64,000 bases of DNA from Candidatus Freyarchaeum deiterrae. GTDB taxonomy: Archaea > Asgardarchaeota > Jordiarchaeia > Jordiarchaeales > Jordiarchaeaceae. The notes under the pieces are model-generated. The model saw only the letters and a program-made list of their open reading frames with translations. It had not been told where the DNA came from and did not search any database. The stretch spans positions 928,001 to 992,000 of the forward strand of contig CP147778.1 of NCBI GenBank assembly GCA_037305845.1. The letters run 5' to 3'. Positions 31,687 to 42,251 of the stretch are shown here, in pieces (position 1 is the first letter of the stretch; the number at the start of each line of letters is the position of its first letter). Made by a program: the position numbers and the translations under genes.

Positions 31687-32055
31687 TTATTTGTTCGTAG
31701 CCTTTCTAATCGCGCCACAAATACTGCAAATGGTGTCTTCCTTCTTATTCACGTTCTTGCAGTATTCACATGTCCACATGTTAAATTTATCACTCATTGT
31801 GCCAGTTTTATGTTCTCTAAAAATTGCGCTGCATCTTCCACATAGAAGAGTTTGCCGCTCAAGTTTCGCGCCGCATTCGAGGCAGTGAATTGAACAAGCG
31901 TTGCAGAGTTTCTTTTTAGCCCAATCTTCACCCAAATAATGGGTGTACATTTCAACATCAGGTGTCGCTCCAATACCAATCAGGGGGACGCGGGATATAG
32001 GCCTCCCACATTTCGCACAAATATTTGGAGTTTTTTCATCTGTTTTCTTACTCAT
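31687..32055 (-). CDS. Paralogous multi-Zn-finger protein with RanBP2/NZF finger
   Basis: Start reassigned to MSKKTDEK after GAGGTG; shares YLGEDWAKKKLC, HCLECGAKL, WTCEYC with neighbour. Confidence 0.8.
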   Translation of the reverse strand: MSKKTDEKTPNICAKCGRPISRVPLIGIGATPDVEMYTHYLGEDWAKKKLCNACSIHCLECGAKLERQTLLCGRCSAIFREHKTGTMSDKFNMWTCEYCKNVNKKEDTICSICGAIRKATNK

Positions 32056-32393
32056 TATTTTCACCTCAATAATTAAAAAATAATTAGTTTGGTATCGCGT
32101 ATTTTGTGATAAATCTCGACCCACAATGTGGACAAATATTAATTGGAGCGAGTTCCTCAAAACTTTTTCCACATTTAAAACATTTCTAGTAAAATTGAAT
32201 CTTTCCCATTTCATTTCACATCCACTATTCATTAATAATTAATATCTAAAAATTATCATAATAAAAAAAAGATGATTTATTCTGTCTCAGTTTGCTCTTC
32301 AAGTTCTCAATTAGAGTATTAATGAGATTCTTACCATCTGGTGTCTCCCCGCGTCTCCAACAAAGACTCTCATTTATTTAAAAAACAAGATAA

Positions 32394-32951
32394 TTAACTT
32401 TGAGTAATGCCTAGATCCATCAACGTCTTGAGCACGTTATCAACGGCGGTGTAAATCTCCTCCTCTTTCTTCGCACCTGTAACGACTAGTTTACCGGTGG
32501 TGAATAGGAGTAAGACAACTTTGGGGTCTTTCATTCGGTATATGAGTCCTGGAAATTGCTCCGGTTCATACATGACATCGGAGAGCGTATAAGCTGCAAG
32601 CTCTAGATTGAGGGGGGTTCCCAGACTCGCGGAAGCCACAATGTTCTGAACTTGAATCACTGGTTCCTTGGTCGTTTCAACGATTCCCGCCTCTCGCAAA
32701 TCAGCCAGTATAAGGTCAACCGCTCTATAAACATCCTTCGCGCTTTTACTTCCAGTGCACACCATTTTGCCTGAGCTGAAGATTAGTGTGGCTGTTTTTG
32801 GTTTTTCCAGTCGGTAGACGAGACCTGGGAATTGTTCTGGGTCGTATTCTACGTTTAGTTTGGAACTTGTTATTTTTTTAAGGTCTATTCTTTGGTCTAT
32901 GGTCACTGATGCGACTACATTCTCTATGTGGACGTATTGTACTTTTGGCAC
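32394..32951 (-). CDS. tbp: TATA-binding protein
   Basis: Two repeats NVVAS/NIVAS, YDPEQFPGLVYR/YEPEQFPGLIYR. Confidence 0.98.
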   Translation of the reverse strand: MPKVQYVHIENVVASVTIDQRIDLKKITSSKLNVEYDPEQFPGLVYRLEKPKTATLIFSSGKMVCTGSKSAKDVYRAVDLILADLREAGIVETTKEPVIQVQNIVASASLGTPLNLELAAYTLSDVMYEPEQFPGLIYRMKDPKVVLLLFTTGKLVVTGAKKEEEIYTAVDNVLKTLMDLGITQS

Positions 32952-33182
32952 ATGTGGTCCCTTGTAGGAATTTAAACTAGAAGAATTAATAGGGTTTTAA
33001 CTTATAAATTTGTGCATCCATTATGGATTCATAGTCACATTTTGGTAAAGAATTGCTGAGGGATTTAAAAATCTTACATATGTTAGATTGTTTTTTGCTA
33101 TTGGTTTGGTTTGGGTTTACGAGAAATGTGTGTCGGTTGTTCGGGGTTTAGTTGGTTGGTTATTGGTTTTTGAAGCAGTAAA

Positions 33183-34388
33183 TCATTTTTTTGTGCTTCT
33201 TTTTTGTGGTTTGTTCTGTTGGAGTTTTTTGGTGATTTGTTCTAGGTCTGTTAGGAACTGTTCTATGTGTTGTGTTTTTATGTGGGGCATAACGACTATG
33301 CGTAGAGTGTTTGTGAATTTTCCTAGGGACCATTTTAGTTTTCTTAGTTCTTGGTCGATTTGGCAGATGTCTAGTTTTTTGGAGGTTATTCCTAGTATGT
33401 TTATGACTGGTTTGGTTGCTAGTTCAATGTCTTCTATGTGTTCTATTCCTTTTTCCAGCTGTTGTGTTGCGTTCATGCAGCTTTTTACGATTTTTGTGTA
33501 TCCTTCTATTCCCAGATGCTTTAGTATAGCCCAGGTAGCTATTACGGTTGCTCCGGAGCGGGTTCCGAGTATTATGGGGTGGGTGTAGGTTCCTCCAGCT
33601 AGGTATGGGATTTCGAAGCAGTTTTCTTGTACGTATGATTGGTTTTTGAATATGATTCCTCCTGCGGGGATGGGGGCGAGTCCCATTTTGTGGGGGTCTA
33701 TAGTTATAGAGCTGACTCCATTGTTTCTGAAGTCGAATTTGGGAAGTTTATAGCCCAGTCGTTCTAGGAAGGGAAGTACCATTCCTCCGAATGCTGCGTC
33801 TACGTGTAGGTAGAGGTTGTTTTCGGTGGCGATTTCTGAGAGTTCTTCTATGGGGTCTACTGTTCCAAGGGCGGTGGTGCCAGCTACTCCTACTATTGCT
33901 ATCGTTTTTTCGCTGATGGCTTTTTTGACTTCGGAAACTTTTATTCTGTATTCTTGGTCAAGTCCGATTCGAATTAGACGGAGGTCCATTAGGTCAGCAG
34001 CCTTGTCAAAGGATACGTGCGCGGATTCAGGGATGATTACTTCCAGTGTTCCACTTTTGCCTTCTTTTCTTCCAATGTTTCTGGCGATTCTCATAGCTAC
34101 AATGTTGGCTTCAGTACCTCCGCTCACAACGTAGCCACAGCTCTCGGGATTGTTCAAGAGCTTGCCTAGCATTTTTACTGTTTCTACCTCTAGCTCTTGT
34201 GTCCCCTGAAAAAGACCCGGATCTCCCAGATTTTTCTCTGTATAAATCATCATGATTGACTTTGCTAGTTCATGCGGGGTGGTGCACATGCTTCCCAGAA
34301 TTTTTCCAGACTCATAGGTCAAATCCTTGTTGAGCCTCTCGCTTAGTTCTTCGAGGATTTTTTCTTGTGAAATTCCTGTTTGCTTCAA
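33183..34388 (-). CDS. mfnA: L-tyrosine/L-aspartate decarboxylase
   Basis: ILGSMCT, NLGDPGLF, HVDAAFGG, DPHKMG; in CoA cluster. Confidence 0.92.
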   Translation of the reverse strand: MKQTGISQEKILEELSERLNKDLTYESGKILGSMCTTPHELAKSIMMIYTEKNLGDPGLFQGTQELEVETVKMLGKLLNNPESCGYVVSGGTEANIVAMRIARNIGRKEGKSGTLEVIIPESAHVSFDKAADLMDLRLIRIGLDQEYRIKVSEVKKAISEKTIAIVGVAGTTALGTVDPIEELSEIATENNLYLHVDAAFGGMVLPFLERLGYKLPKFDFRNNGVSSITIDPHKMGLAPIPAGGIIFKNQSYVQENCFEIPYLAGGTYTHPIILGTRSGATVIATWAILKHLGIEGYTKIVKSCMNATQQLEKGIEHIEDIELATKPVINILGITSKKLDICQIDQELRKLKWSLGKFTNTLRIVVMPHIKTQHIEQFLTDLEQITKKLQQNKPQKRSTKK

Positions 34389-34405
34389 TTATTCTCACAC
34401 CTTTT

Positions 34406-35338
34406 TTAGCTGTTTTTTGTTGTTCTTTTTTCCAATCCTTTTACCAAAGCGGTTATTAGATCATTCACTGGTGTTAGAACACCGTGTTTTTTTCCGTATC
34501 CGGATATAGCTCCGTTTATAAAGTCGATTTCAGTGCGTTTTCCTCTCTCGATGTCCTGTAGCATTGAGTTTTTGTTCTGAGCAGTTCCCCTTGCCACCTC
34601 AAAAGTTTTTTCCACAGGGTCAGAAAGTAGGTTGACCCCGAGTTTTTCGGCAACTTTCATTCCTTCCAGTACCAGTTCCCTCATGCTTACCACTATTTCG
34701 GGAACCTCTAAGAGTTCACCGTTCTTTAAACCGGTGAGGGCGCCGAAGGGATTTATTCCTGCATTCACGAGAGCCTTCTCCCAAACTACTCCAGAAATAT
34801 TTTGAGCTATACTTGTTGGGAGTCCACTCTCTGAGATCATTCGGGCAATACTATCCACTTCGGGGGTGTTAGACCCGTAGCATCTCCCGATGATGGTCTC
34901 ACCGGTTCCAGTGTGAATGATTTTTCCGGGTTTTTCTAGTATCGCACCGTTGGTTGTTATCCCTCTAATTACCTTTTCCTTTCCGATTATGCGGGCTGCT
35001 ATTTCTCCATTACCCAGCCCATTCTGGAGGCATATAACCCAAGTGTTTTTACCAATTAGGGGGCCGGCATCGATTACTGCCTGTTCGGTATCGTAAGCCT
35101 TTACTATAATTAAAACCAATTCTACTACACCAACTTCAGAAGGCTTGAGAGCGATTTTGGCTCTAATGTAGTGGTCGCCGCTAATTCCGGTTATTTGTAA
35201 CCCGTGTCTCTTAATAGCATCCACAACGGGTTTCCTGTCAATTAGTGTCACGTCTACTCCGCTTTCGGCAAGAAATCCGCCGAACAGGCTGCCCATAGAC
35301 CCGGAACCCACGACAGCTACCTTCAATGCTTGCACCAA
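34406..35338 (-). CDS. panE: Ketopantoate reductase
   Basis: GSGSMG, LQNGLG, WEKALVN, SMLQD...TEIDFING. Confidence 0.93.
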   Translation of the reverse strand: MVQALKVAVVGSGSMGSLFGGFLAESGVDVTLIDRKPVVDAIKRHGLQITGISGDHYIRAKIALKPSEVGVVELVLIIVKAYDTEQAVIDAGPLIGKNTWVICLQNGLGNGEIAARIIGKEKVIRGITTNGAILEKPGKIIHTGTGETIIGRCYGSNTPEVDSIARMISESGLPTSIAQNISGVVWEKALVNAGINPFGALTGLKNGELLEVPEIVVSMRELVLEGMKVAEKLGVNLLSDPVEKTFEVARGTAQNKNSMLQDIERGKRTEIDFINGAISGYGKKHGVLTPVNDLITALVKGLEKRTTKNS

Positions 35339-35531
35339 ATTTTTAAAAAGTCGCTTTTTAACAGAATCCTTTTTTCAGAATTTTATACAGACTCATATAC
35401 AACTATAAAATATTAACAATACTATCTAGGTTTGGAAAGTGGGGGTTATTAGAAAAATGTTTTGGGACGAAGGTTAAATATCTTTTTAATGCAAAATTTT
35501 GCAGAATTTCTTTTTTAGTAATTGGACTTAC

Positions 35532-37442
35532 CTATTCACTTTTTGTTTCTCTAGTTAGAAGTTTAATAACTGAGGGATACTCTTCCATTTGCTTATGGGG
35601 TATATACATGGAGTTCACAAATTCCTTTTGGAAGTCCGGATCTACGGCTAGCTCTACGTATTGCAATTTCTTCGAGAGGCTGTATGCTTTTTCTCGGGTT
35701 TCCTTGGAAGTTAGACACATTTTGGCTCCGGTAACAGCCGTGTTTCCTACGAATTTGATCTTTTCCGTTTGTATATCAGGCAACATACCAAGAATCTTGG
35801 CGCTTAGAGGATCTATGTGGTATCCGAATGCTCCCGCTACGTAGACGCGATCTAAATCTTCTTTTGTGTATCCCCTTCTTCTCATGGTTATGGCTACTCC
35901 CGTGTGTATAGCGCCTTTTGAGAGTTGTATTTCCCCTATATCCGCTTGTGTTATTGTAATCTCCTTGCCTGTGGCGGTTTCGTTACCCCAAGCGACAACA
36001 AACTCTTTCTGACCATTTTTTTGGACTAATCGTTCACTTTCTATTTTGTTAAAGCGACCCCTGTTATTGATTACTCCAGCTCTGAATAATCCAGCTATTC
36101 CATCTAGAATCCCTGAACCGCAAATACCTACGGGGGGTTCATCATCTATTGTTTTGTAGCCTATCTCGAGACTATCTGAATCAATTTCAATTTTTTCGAT
36201 TGCTCCTGTGACGGCTTTCATTCCGTATTTTATATGTGCTCCTTCAAAAGCCGGTCCAGATGCACATGAACATGATAGTATATTTTCACTATTTCCCACA
36301 AAAACTTCCGTGTTAGTTCCCACATCAATTAGAAGCGAACGCTCTTCGCTTTCACAAACACCCGTAGCAATAACATCTCCAACCGCATCAGCCCCCACAA
36401 AACCAGCTACACACGGCAGAACATACACGTTTACTTCTGGCTCAACAGCAAGATTCAAATCCGAGGCTTTTACGTTTAGAGGACTTTTTACAGCAGGAAC
36501 AAATGGGGTATAAGATACATATTTTGGTTGAATCCCAAGAAAGAAGTGATGCATAGCAGTGTTTCCCACAACGGTGAGTTCATAAATGTTCTTGGTAGTT
36601 ATACTCCTACTGCTACACGCTTTCTCCATCAAGGAATTTATGGCACCCACAGCTAGTCTCTGAAGTCTCTGTAGGTTTTTTTCGCCCTCAATAGTGTATG
36701 AAATCCTCGTCAAGAGATCCTCACCATTTGCTATCTGAGGATTTTCGACTGACACCATTTCCTCGGTCTCACCGTTCAATAGATTCACCAGATATCCCAC
36801 AATTTTGGAGGTCCCAATATCTACTGCAAACCCGTAGAGAACATTTGAAGTATCTCCGGGTTCTACAGCAACCAGCTTTTTGTCATTCCAAACGACTGCG
36901 GTGACATCCCACTTTTTTTCTCTTAAAACATCGGGTAGGTTACTGAGTAATCTCTGACTCAGTTCCGGTTCGGGAACCTCATACTCACCCCTTAGAGCTT
37001 CAAGCAACCTCTCAGCATCCGGCCTAATATCATTCAGAGTTGGCTTCGGTAAAACCACATGAAACTTTTTTATTAAAGGCTCCAGCTTTACCGGCAGCTC
37101 CATTCCTGTAATCTGAATACTACGAACCCTTATCCGCCCCTCTTCCGGAATCTCGACCACCAAGTCTCCTTTAACCATTGCACAGCATGCGAGACGATAG
37201 CCTTCAGATATCTCACTTTCCGACAGGAGTTTCTTTTCAGCGTCAATCAATTCAGTAACGCAGTTTTGATCCTGTATAATTACCCGACATTTACCGCATG
37301 TGGCTTTTCCACCACATTCTGATCTTATGCCGATTCCCGATTCTTCAGCGATGTCTAAAATTCTCTGATTCGGATCAGCGACGACTTTCCTCCCTTCGGG
37401 CTCAAACTTAACAGTAATTTTCCTCAATGATATGAACTCCAT
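35532..37442 (-). CDS. ASKHA-family ATP-dependent reductive activator of corrinoid proteins (RACo/AcsV-like, DUF4445) with 2Fe-2S domain
   Basis: CGGKATCGKC, RLACC, DIGTS, DVGTNTE, GPAFEG, AGAFG. Confidence 0.9.
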   Translation of the reverse strand: MEFISLRKITVKFEPEGRKVVADPNQRILDIAEESGIGIRSECGGKATCGKCRVIIQDQNCVTELIDAEKKLLSESEISEGYRLACCAMVKGDLVVEIPEEGRIRVRSIQITGMELPVKLEPLIKKFHVVLPKPTLNDIRPDAERLLEALRGEYEVPEPELSQRLLSNLPDVLREKKWDVTAVVWNDKKLVAVEPGDTSNVLYGFAVDIGTSKIVGYLVNLLNGETEEMVSVENPQIANGEDLLTRISYTIEGEKNLQRLQRLAVGAINSLMEKACSSRSITTKNIYELTVVGNTAMHHFFLGIQPKYVSYTPFVPAVKSPLNVKASDLNLAVEPEVNVYVLPCVAGFVGADAVGDVIATGVCESEERSLLIDVGTNTEVFVGNSENILSCSCASGPAFEGAHIKYGMKAVTGAIEKIEIDSDSLEIGYKTIDDEPPVGICGSGILDGIAGLFRAGVINNRGRFNKIESERLVQKNGQKEFVVAWGNETATGKEITITQADIGEIQLSKGAIHTGVAITMRRRGYTKEDLDRVYVAGAFGYHIDPLSAKILGMLPDIQTEKIKFVGNTAVTGAKMCLTSKETREKAYSLSKKLQYVELAVDPDFQKEFVNSMYIPHKQMEEYPSVIKLLTRETKSE

Positions 37443-37473
37443 GGTGTGAGAAAAATCTCTTCGTGGTTAAATT

Positions 37474-38250
37474 TTAGGGAATGTTCATGCCTTTCTCAGC
37501 AATTTCGGTGAGTCGGTTTCGGATTAGTTTTAAAACTTCTCCCAAAACTTTTTTGTTATCATAATTTTTGAGTATCTTGTTGAGTTCTTCTTTTTGAGCA
37601 TCCTTTAATTTCTTAACCTCCTCGATTAGGAGAGACATACATCTGACTTGGTTGTCAACGATGGTAATGCTTGCTAATTGTGCGGTTCTACTCAGAGGGT
37701 TAAGATCTACTGCGATAACCGTTTTTCCCATCTTCCTCAAGGCTTGAGTCCTGTCGCCGTCCTCTATTGGTACTAGAACAGTGTCGGCAATTAGGATTCC
37801 TCTCGTGTCAACAACCCTTCTTACGCTTGAAATTTCAGGAATTTCACCATTAGCAGTTTCTCCTACTCCCAGAATTTCTTTAGCTCCCGCCTCTTCTAAA
37901 ACTCTTTTAATGGCTTCCAAGCGTTCAGGACTTCTGTAGAAAATATTGGCCTCTATTTTGGCTCCTGAAACTTCAGCGAGTTCCACTATTTCGTGGGGAG
38001 TAAGAGCCGCAGAGTTTCCATTAACACTAATGACGGGATACTGGGATGATAATAATGCCGCAGCCGCTGCTCTAATAGCCTTCTTGGCGGGGGGAGTTGT
38101 TACCTCTCCTAAGAGGTAGTCGAAAGCTTCTCCTCTACCTTGGGCTATTAATCCAGCTTGTGCAACAACATTTTGCTCCATCCCGTGTATTATTTTATGT
38201 CTTATTCTTAAGGATTCGGCACGAGGATGGCTGTCTGGAATTTCGCTCAA
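37474..38250 (-). CDS. 4-phosphopantoate--beta-alanine ligase (PPS)
   Basis: IPDSHPR, GRGEAFDYLLGE, EDGDR, DLNPLSRT. Confidence 0.95.
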   Translation of the reverse strand: MSEIPDSHPRAESLRIRHKIIHGMEQNVVAQAGLIAQGRGEAFDYLLGEVTTPPAKKAIRAAAAALLSSQYPVISVNGNSAALTPHEIVELAEVSGAKIEANIFYRSPERLEAIKRVLEEAGAKEILGVGETANGEIPEISSVRRVVDTRGILIADTVLVPIEDGDRTQALRKMGKTVIAVDLNPLSRTAQLASITIVDNQVRCMSLLIEEVKKLKDAQKEELNKILKNYDNKKVLGEVLKLIRNRLTEIAEKGMNIP

Positions 38251-39185
38251 CAGGTTTGCCCTCCTTGAATTATTCTAGCTCCTATGTTGTCGATTTTTGT
38301 AACAAAAATAATTCCTTCAGGCATACACTCTTTAAAAACATCGCAAGCATCATTTGAATCTTTCTCACTAACAAAGCAGAAAACGGACTGCCCCAACATA
38401 ACCATACTGCAATACTCGAATCCAGCGTCTTCAAGACTCTTGATTGTGTTTATAACGGTTGGGGAAGCCAAACCGGTTTGCATAGTGAATTTTTTTGAAA
38501 GAGATATTAAATTATCAATAGAGGCTTCATTCAAAAGCTCTTTCACTAGCATTTCTCCTGCTTCGTTAATCTTTTTTCTTTTCTCCGGGTTAGAAAGAAC
38601 CTCCTTTGTTTCCAGAACCCCCACAGAACCGCAAACCACATCAAAGTCACAAACGGAGGGTATAATGTCTATCTGCCCGTATCCAGGCGCACCAGGCTTA
38701 ACTCTTATTTCCAATCCACCCCTGTTTGCGCCGATAACATCTCCCAAGCCAGTTTTATGAGTGACTTCTGCAATATGAGCCAACTGTGCACTATTGTTCT
38801 TGGTTAGTCCCAAATTTAGGGCTTGATTAAGGGCGAGGGCAGTGCTCAGAGCTGCCGCAGCACTAGCTCCGTATCCCGCTCCTATGGGAATCTGCATTTC
38901 CTGCGTGATTTGTACATCGTATTCCTGATTGTGTTTCTGAAGAGCCAAATCCAGCGCTAATCCGACTACAGTTTGTGTCACATTTGCTTCACGTTTTTTG
39001 CCATCAATAGATATCTCCACATACGTATGATCCGAAGGAGTTACCCGCACTTTGGTTATAACCCCTCTTTGTATGGAGAACCCTGCACCCTTTGAGCCCT
39101 TTAACAGAGGATCTATTGGTGCGTCACAGATTTGGAAAAATGCAGTAATATGTCCCGGCGAGAAGGCTTTCGCTTCGATAGCCAA
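38247..39185 (-). CDS. Pantoate kinase (GHMP)
   Basis: FSPGHITAFF, PIGAGYGAS, AHIAEV..TGLGDV, PGAPG. Confidence 0.93.
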   Translation of the reverse strand: MAIEAKAFSPGHITAFFQICDAPIDPLLKGSKGAGFSIQRGVITKVRVTPSDHTYVEISIDGKKREANVTQTVVGLALDLALQKHNQEYDVQITQEMQIPIGAGYGASAAAALSTALALNQALNLGLTKNNSAQLAHIAEVTHKTGLGDVIGANRGGLEIRVKPGAPGYGQIDIIPSVCDFDVVCGSVGVLETKEVLSNPEKRKKINEAGEMLVKELLNEASIDNLISLSKKFTMQTGLASPTVINTIKSLEDAGFEYCSMVMLGQSVFCFVSEKDSNDACDVFKECMPEGIIFVTKIDNIGARIIQGGQTC

Positions 39186-39526
39186 TTTTACTTACCTCCG
39201 TTTTTAAGTTGTTAAATTTGATTAATTCTAAAGAGGATAATAGTCGCGAGCTTTTTATTATCTTTACAAGAAAAACAAACAGAAAATGAGAATAAAAAAG
39301 GTTTACCCTAAAAAATTGGGCGCCCCAATGTATCATTCGATAAATATAAAGGCACACACTGTTTAGAAATTCATAGAATATGTATATTTGAAAGAAACTA
39401 AATATTTCCAGTATTTTATGGCGAATCCGTTCTTTCTGTGCCATAAGCTTAAATATCGGGTGAATCCGTAAAAACGCAGAGTACCATGAGCCATTTGGGT
39501 ACTCAAAGGAAGTTCGGGGTAATAAT

Positions 39527-40828
39527 TTGCTGAGTAAACACACGTCTAAACAAATTATCGGAACCCAAAGCGAGGTTCTAAAGGGAAAGAATGTAGTTAT
39601 CTGTATCTCGGGCAGCGTAGCGGCTGTAGAATGCCCCATAATAGCAAGGGAGCTTATGAGAAACGGAGCAGAAGTTTATGCAGTTATGTCGCCAGCAGCC
39701 ACTAAACTTATTTCCCCGGATCTAATGGAGTGGGCAACTGGAAACCCCGTGGTAACCCAATTGACGGGAAAAGTTGAGCATATATCCCTCGCCGGCATAC
39801 ACCCCGACACAGCTTCGTTAATTCTGGTCGCTCCAGCAACTGCAAACACGATTAGCAAAATTGCTCACGGAATAGATGACACACCACCCACAACCGTGGT
39901 AAGTAGCGCTCTGGGTGCCGACATCCCCATATTAATCGTTCCGGCTATGCACGAGTCCATGTACCGCCATCCAATCATACTTGAAAACATTAACAAGCTA
40001 AGATCTTTAGGTATAGAATTTATAGGTCCAAGGTTTGAAGAGGGAAAGGCGAAGATTGCTCACATAGATACAATAGTGGCGCATATTATAGAGATTTTAA
40101 CCAAACCCAAAGATATGAAAGGTTTAAGAGTGTTAATCACAGCGGGTCCAACCAGAGAATACATAGACGCTATTCGGTTCATTAGCAACCCTAGTTCTGG
40201 CAAAATGGGGGTCTCCCTCGCGATAGAAAGTATTCAGAGGGGAGCAGAGGTAACCATGGTGTACGGGCCTGGTGATATTGAACCTCCGCCACTTGCTAAG
40301 GTTATAAGTGTAGAGTCAACGCAGGATATGCTTGACGCTGTGGTTTCAAGTCTAAAGAGAAAGCATTACGATGTAATGATTTCCAGTGCAGCAGTCAGTG
40401 ATTTCGCTCCCGATAAGAAAATTGATGCAAAAACGCCTTCAAGTAAAGAGGAATTCATGGTTAGATTAGTTTCGTTACCTAAGATAATTGATCAGGTGCG
40501 AGATGTTGCTCCAAACATTTTTCTAGTGGGGTTTAAGGCTGAATATAAACTCTCTGAGGAGCAGCTTATGAGCTCTGCATTGAACAAAATTAAGAAAGCT
40601 AACCTAGACCTTATAGTTGCTAATGATGTTTCACAAGAAAATGCAGGATTTGCATCTAATAACAACGAGGTTTATGTTGTTGACAAAAATGGTGAAGTGA
40701 CTCATATTCCCCTGAATCCAAAACGCGTAATAGCGTCTAGAATTCTAGATATCGTTGTTAAAAAGTATAACCAAAAACTTTTGGAGATTCAAAAAAGAAG
40801 TCTTAATCCAAAAGAAATCGCGGAATAA
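39527..40828 (+). CDS. coaBC: Bifunctional PPC decarboxylase/synthetase
   Basis: PATANTISK, PAMHESM, ITAGPTREYID, NPSSGKMG, GFKAE. Confidence 0.96.
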   Translation: MLSKHTSKQIIGTQSEVLKGKNVVICISGSVAAVECPIIARELMRNGAEVYAVMSPAATKLISPDLMEWATGNPVVTQLTGKVEHISLAGIHPDTASLILVAPATANTISKIAHGIDDTPPTTVVSSALGADIPILIVPAMHESMYRHPIILENINKLRSLGIEFIGPRFEEGKAKIAHIDTIVAHIIEILTKPKDMKGLRVLITAGPTREYIDAIRFISNPSSGKMGVSLAIESIQRGAEVTMVYGPGDIEPPPLAKVISVESTQDMLDAVVSSLKRKHYDVMISSAAVSDFAPDKKIDAKTPSSKEEFMVRLVSLPKIIDQVRDVAPNIFLVGFKAEYKLSEEQLMSSALNKIKKANLDLIVANDVSQENAGFASNNNEVYVVDKNGEVTHIPLNPKRVIASRILDIVVKKYNQKLLEIQKRSLNPKEIAE

Positions 40829-40830
40829 GT

Positions 40831-41103
40831 TTATACTTGTGCTGCCATTAGAATCACTTTTACGAAGTCTTTGGGCTCAATGCCCACTAGTGATATCTTC
40901 TTTTTCTTGAAGAATTTGGAGACTGTATCACTCACTTTTTCAATATTTACTCCTAAGAGGATTTTTTCAAGTTCTTCAATTTCTTCTTCGGGGTGCATGT
41001 AAAAATCTCCACTTATGCGTATCTCACTTATTTTTTCATTTGATATCTTTACTTTAGCTTCCACCAGCTTCCCATTTGGAACTTTAAACTCGGCTGAACC
41101 CAC
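40831..41103 (-). CDS. Lipoate-protein ligase C-terminal subunit (LplB-like)
   Basis: KVPNGKLV...ISGDFYMHPEE. Confidence 0.85.
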   Translation of the reverse strand: MGSAEFKVPNGKLVEAKVKISNEKISEIRISGDFYMHPEEEIEELEKILLGVNIEKVSDTVSKFFKKKKISLVGIEPKDFVKVILMAAQV

Positions 41104-41107
41104 TCTT

Positions 41108-42058
41108 TTATTCCTCCTCCTTAGATTTTATTGTAATTAGGATTTCTTCTCCCTCACTAAGATTTAATCTTTCTCTTTTCTTAGGTATGAGTTTGATGAG
41201 AGGCTTTTTTAAATTCAGGTACAGTGATAACCCTCTCAAAACGGTTTCTTCACAGTTTATTGAGAGCGATTCAAGTTTTATCGCCGCCATATTTCGCTGT
41301 TTCTCAATCACATTACCGATATGAAGATCGCCTATGAAAACCTTTTGACCCAAGTCAAAATCGTTTTTTTCCAAGAGAATGCCTCCAAACCCGTAATGAG
41401 GCAGCCCACAATCAAGGAGTCCGAGCATATTATTTAATCTAGTTACAAAACCATAAAACATTCCCATATTAATAATCACCTGCCTGCTGGGCTCTACCAT
41501 TGCGTAGTCTGTTAGAACATTAACCACTTTGCATTTGAAACTGTTATCCGGTTCAGAATAGCCTCCCTTTTTTAGGGATAGAAGATGTATGGGATAGCCT
41601 CCCTTAGCTCGCACAGCATCCCCTGGGTCTCTTACTTCTACGTGTATGTGTGGATCTGTCCAATAATTAAAAAAGCCGCTCCTAATTAGTGTCCCCATAC
41701 AGTCCCCCACATCCAGATTCTCCCCAATTTTTACTTTGGGATTAACATGCAGTATTTTAATTAGATAATTTGGGTTCTCTTCGCTTTCGAGAATAATCAA
41801 ATAATCTGTTTCTTCGGCATCGAAATTTTTACGTATTGGTGCTCTAACTTTCCTAATACTGGTTACCTTTCCAGGAGAAGGACAGGGAGCCTCTGCTCCA
41901 AACTTTCCCGGGCCGAGGTAAATGTCGGCGGCGATTCCATGATTATGTGCATAATAGGGAGAATTAAACAGTGACATATACTCAAAGCTATCTAATAAAT
42001 AGAAATAAACACCACAACTCTCAGCTAGTTTTATTCGCTTGGACAAAGGCCACACCAA
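41108..42058 (-). CDS. Conserved archaeal protein, possible M23-like metallopeptidase fold
   Basis: SPYYAHNHGIAADIY and HIHVEVR motifs. Confidence 0.55.
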   Translation of the reverse strand: MVWPLSKRIKLAESCGVYFYLLDSFEYMSLFNSPYYAHNHGIAADIYLGPGKFGAEAPCPSPGKVTSIRKVRAPIRKNFDAEETDYLIILESEENPNYLIKILHVNPKVKIGENLDVGDCMGTLIRSGFFNYWTDPHIHVEVRDPGDAVRAKGGYPIHLLSLKKGGYSEPDNSFKCKVVNVLTDYAMVEPSRQVIINMGMFYGFVTRLNNMLGLLDCGLPHYGFGGILLEKNDFDLGQKVFIGDLHIGNVIEKQRNMAAIKLESLSINCEETVLRGLSLYLNLKKPLIKLIPKKRERLNLSEGEEILITIKSKEEE

Positions 42059-42251
42059 TTAGAAATGTTATTAAGGGCGAAATATTCTCCATTGTACTGA
42101 ATTATGCTCTTCCCAACTAATTTATTATCATATTAAGAAGTTAGGAATTTTAAACAGAATAAAATGGAAAAATGATATTTGACAAGATTTTTTGTCTACA
42201 ATAAAATTAGCTCCAAAAAAATGTTTCCCTACGATTCAGGTGTGATAAAAA

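Noticed and set aside
32056-32232. N-terminal extension of ORF 31687-32232
   Set aside because: Paralog alignment and RBS place the start at 32055
33088-33588. Antisense and overlapping ORFs (this one, 28586-29028, 38284-38760, 39124-39639, etc.)
   Set aside because: Shadows of well-supported genes, favoured by skewed composition
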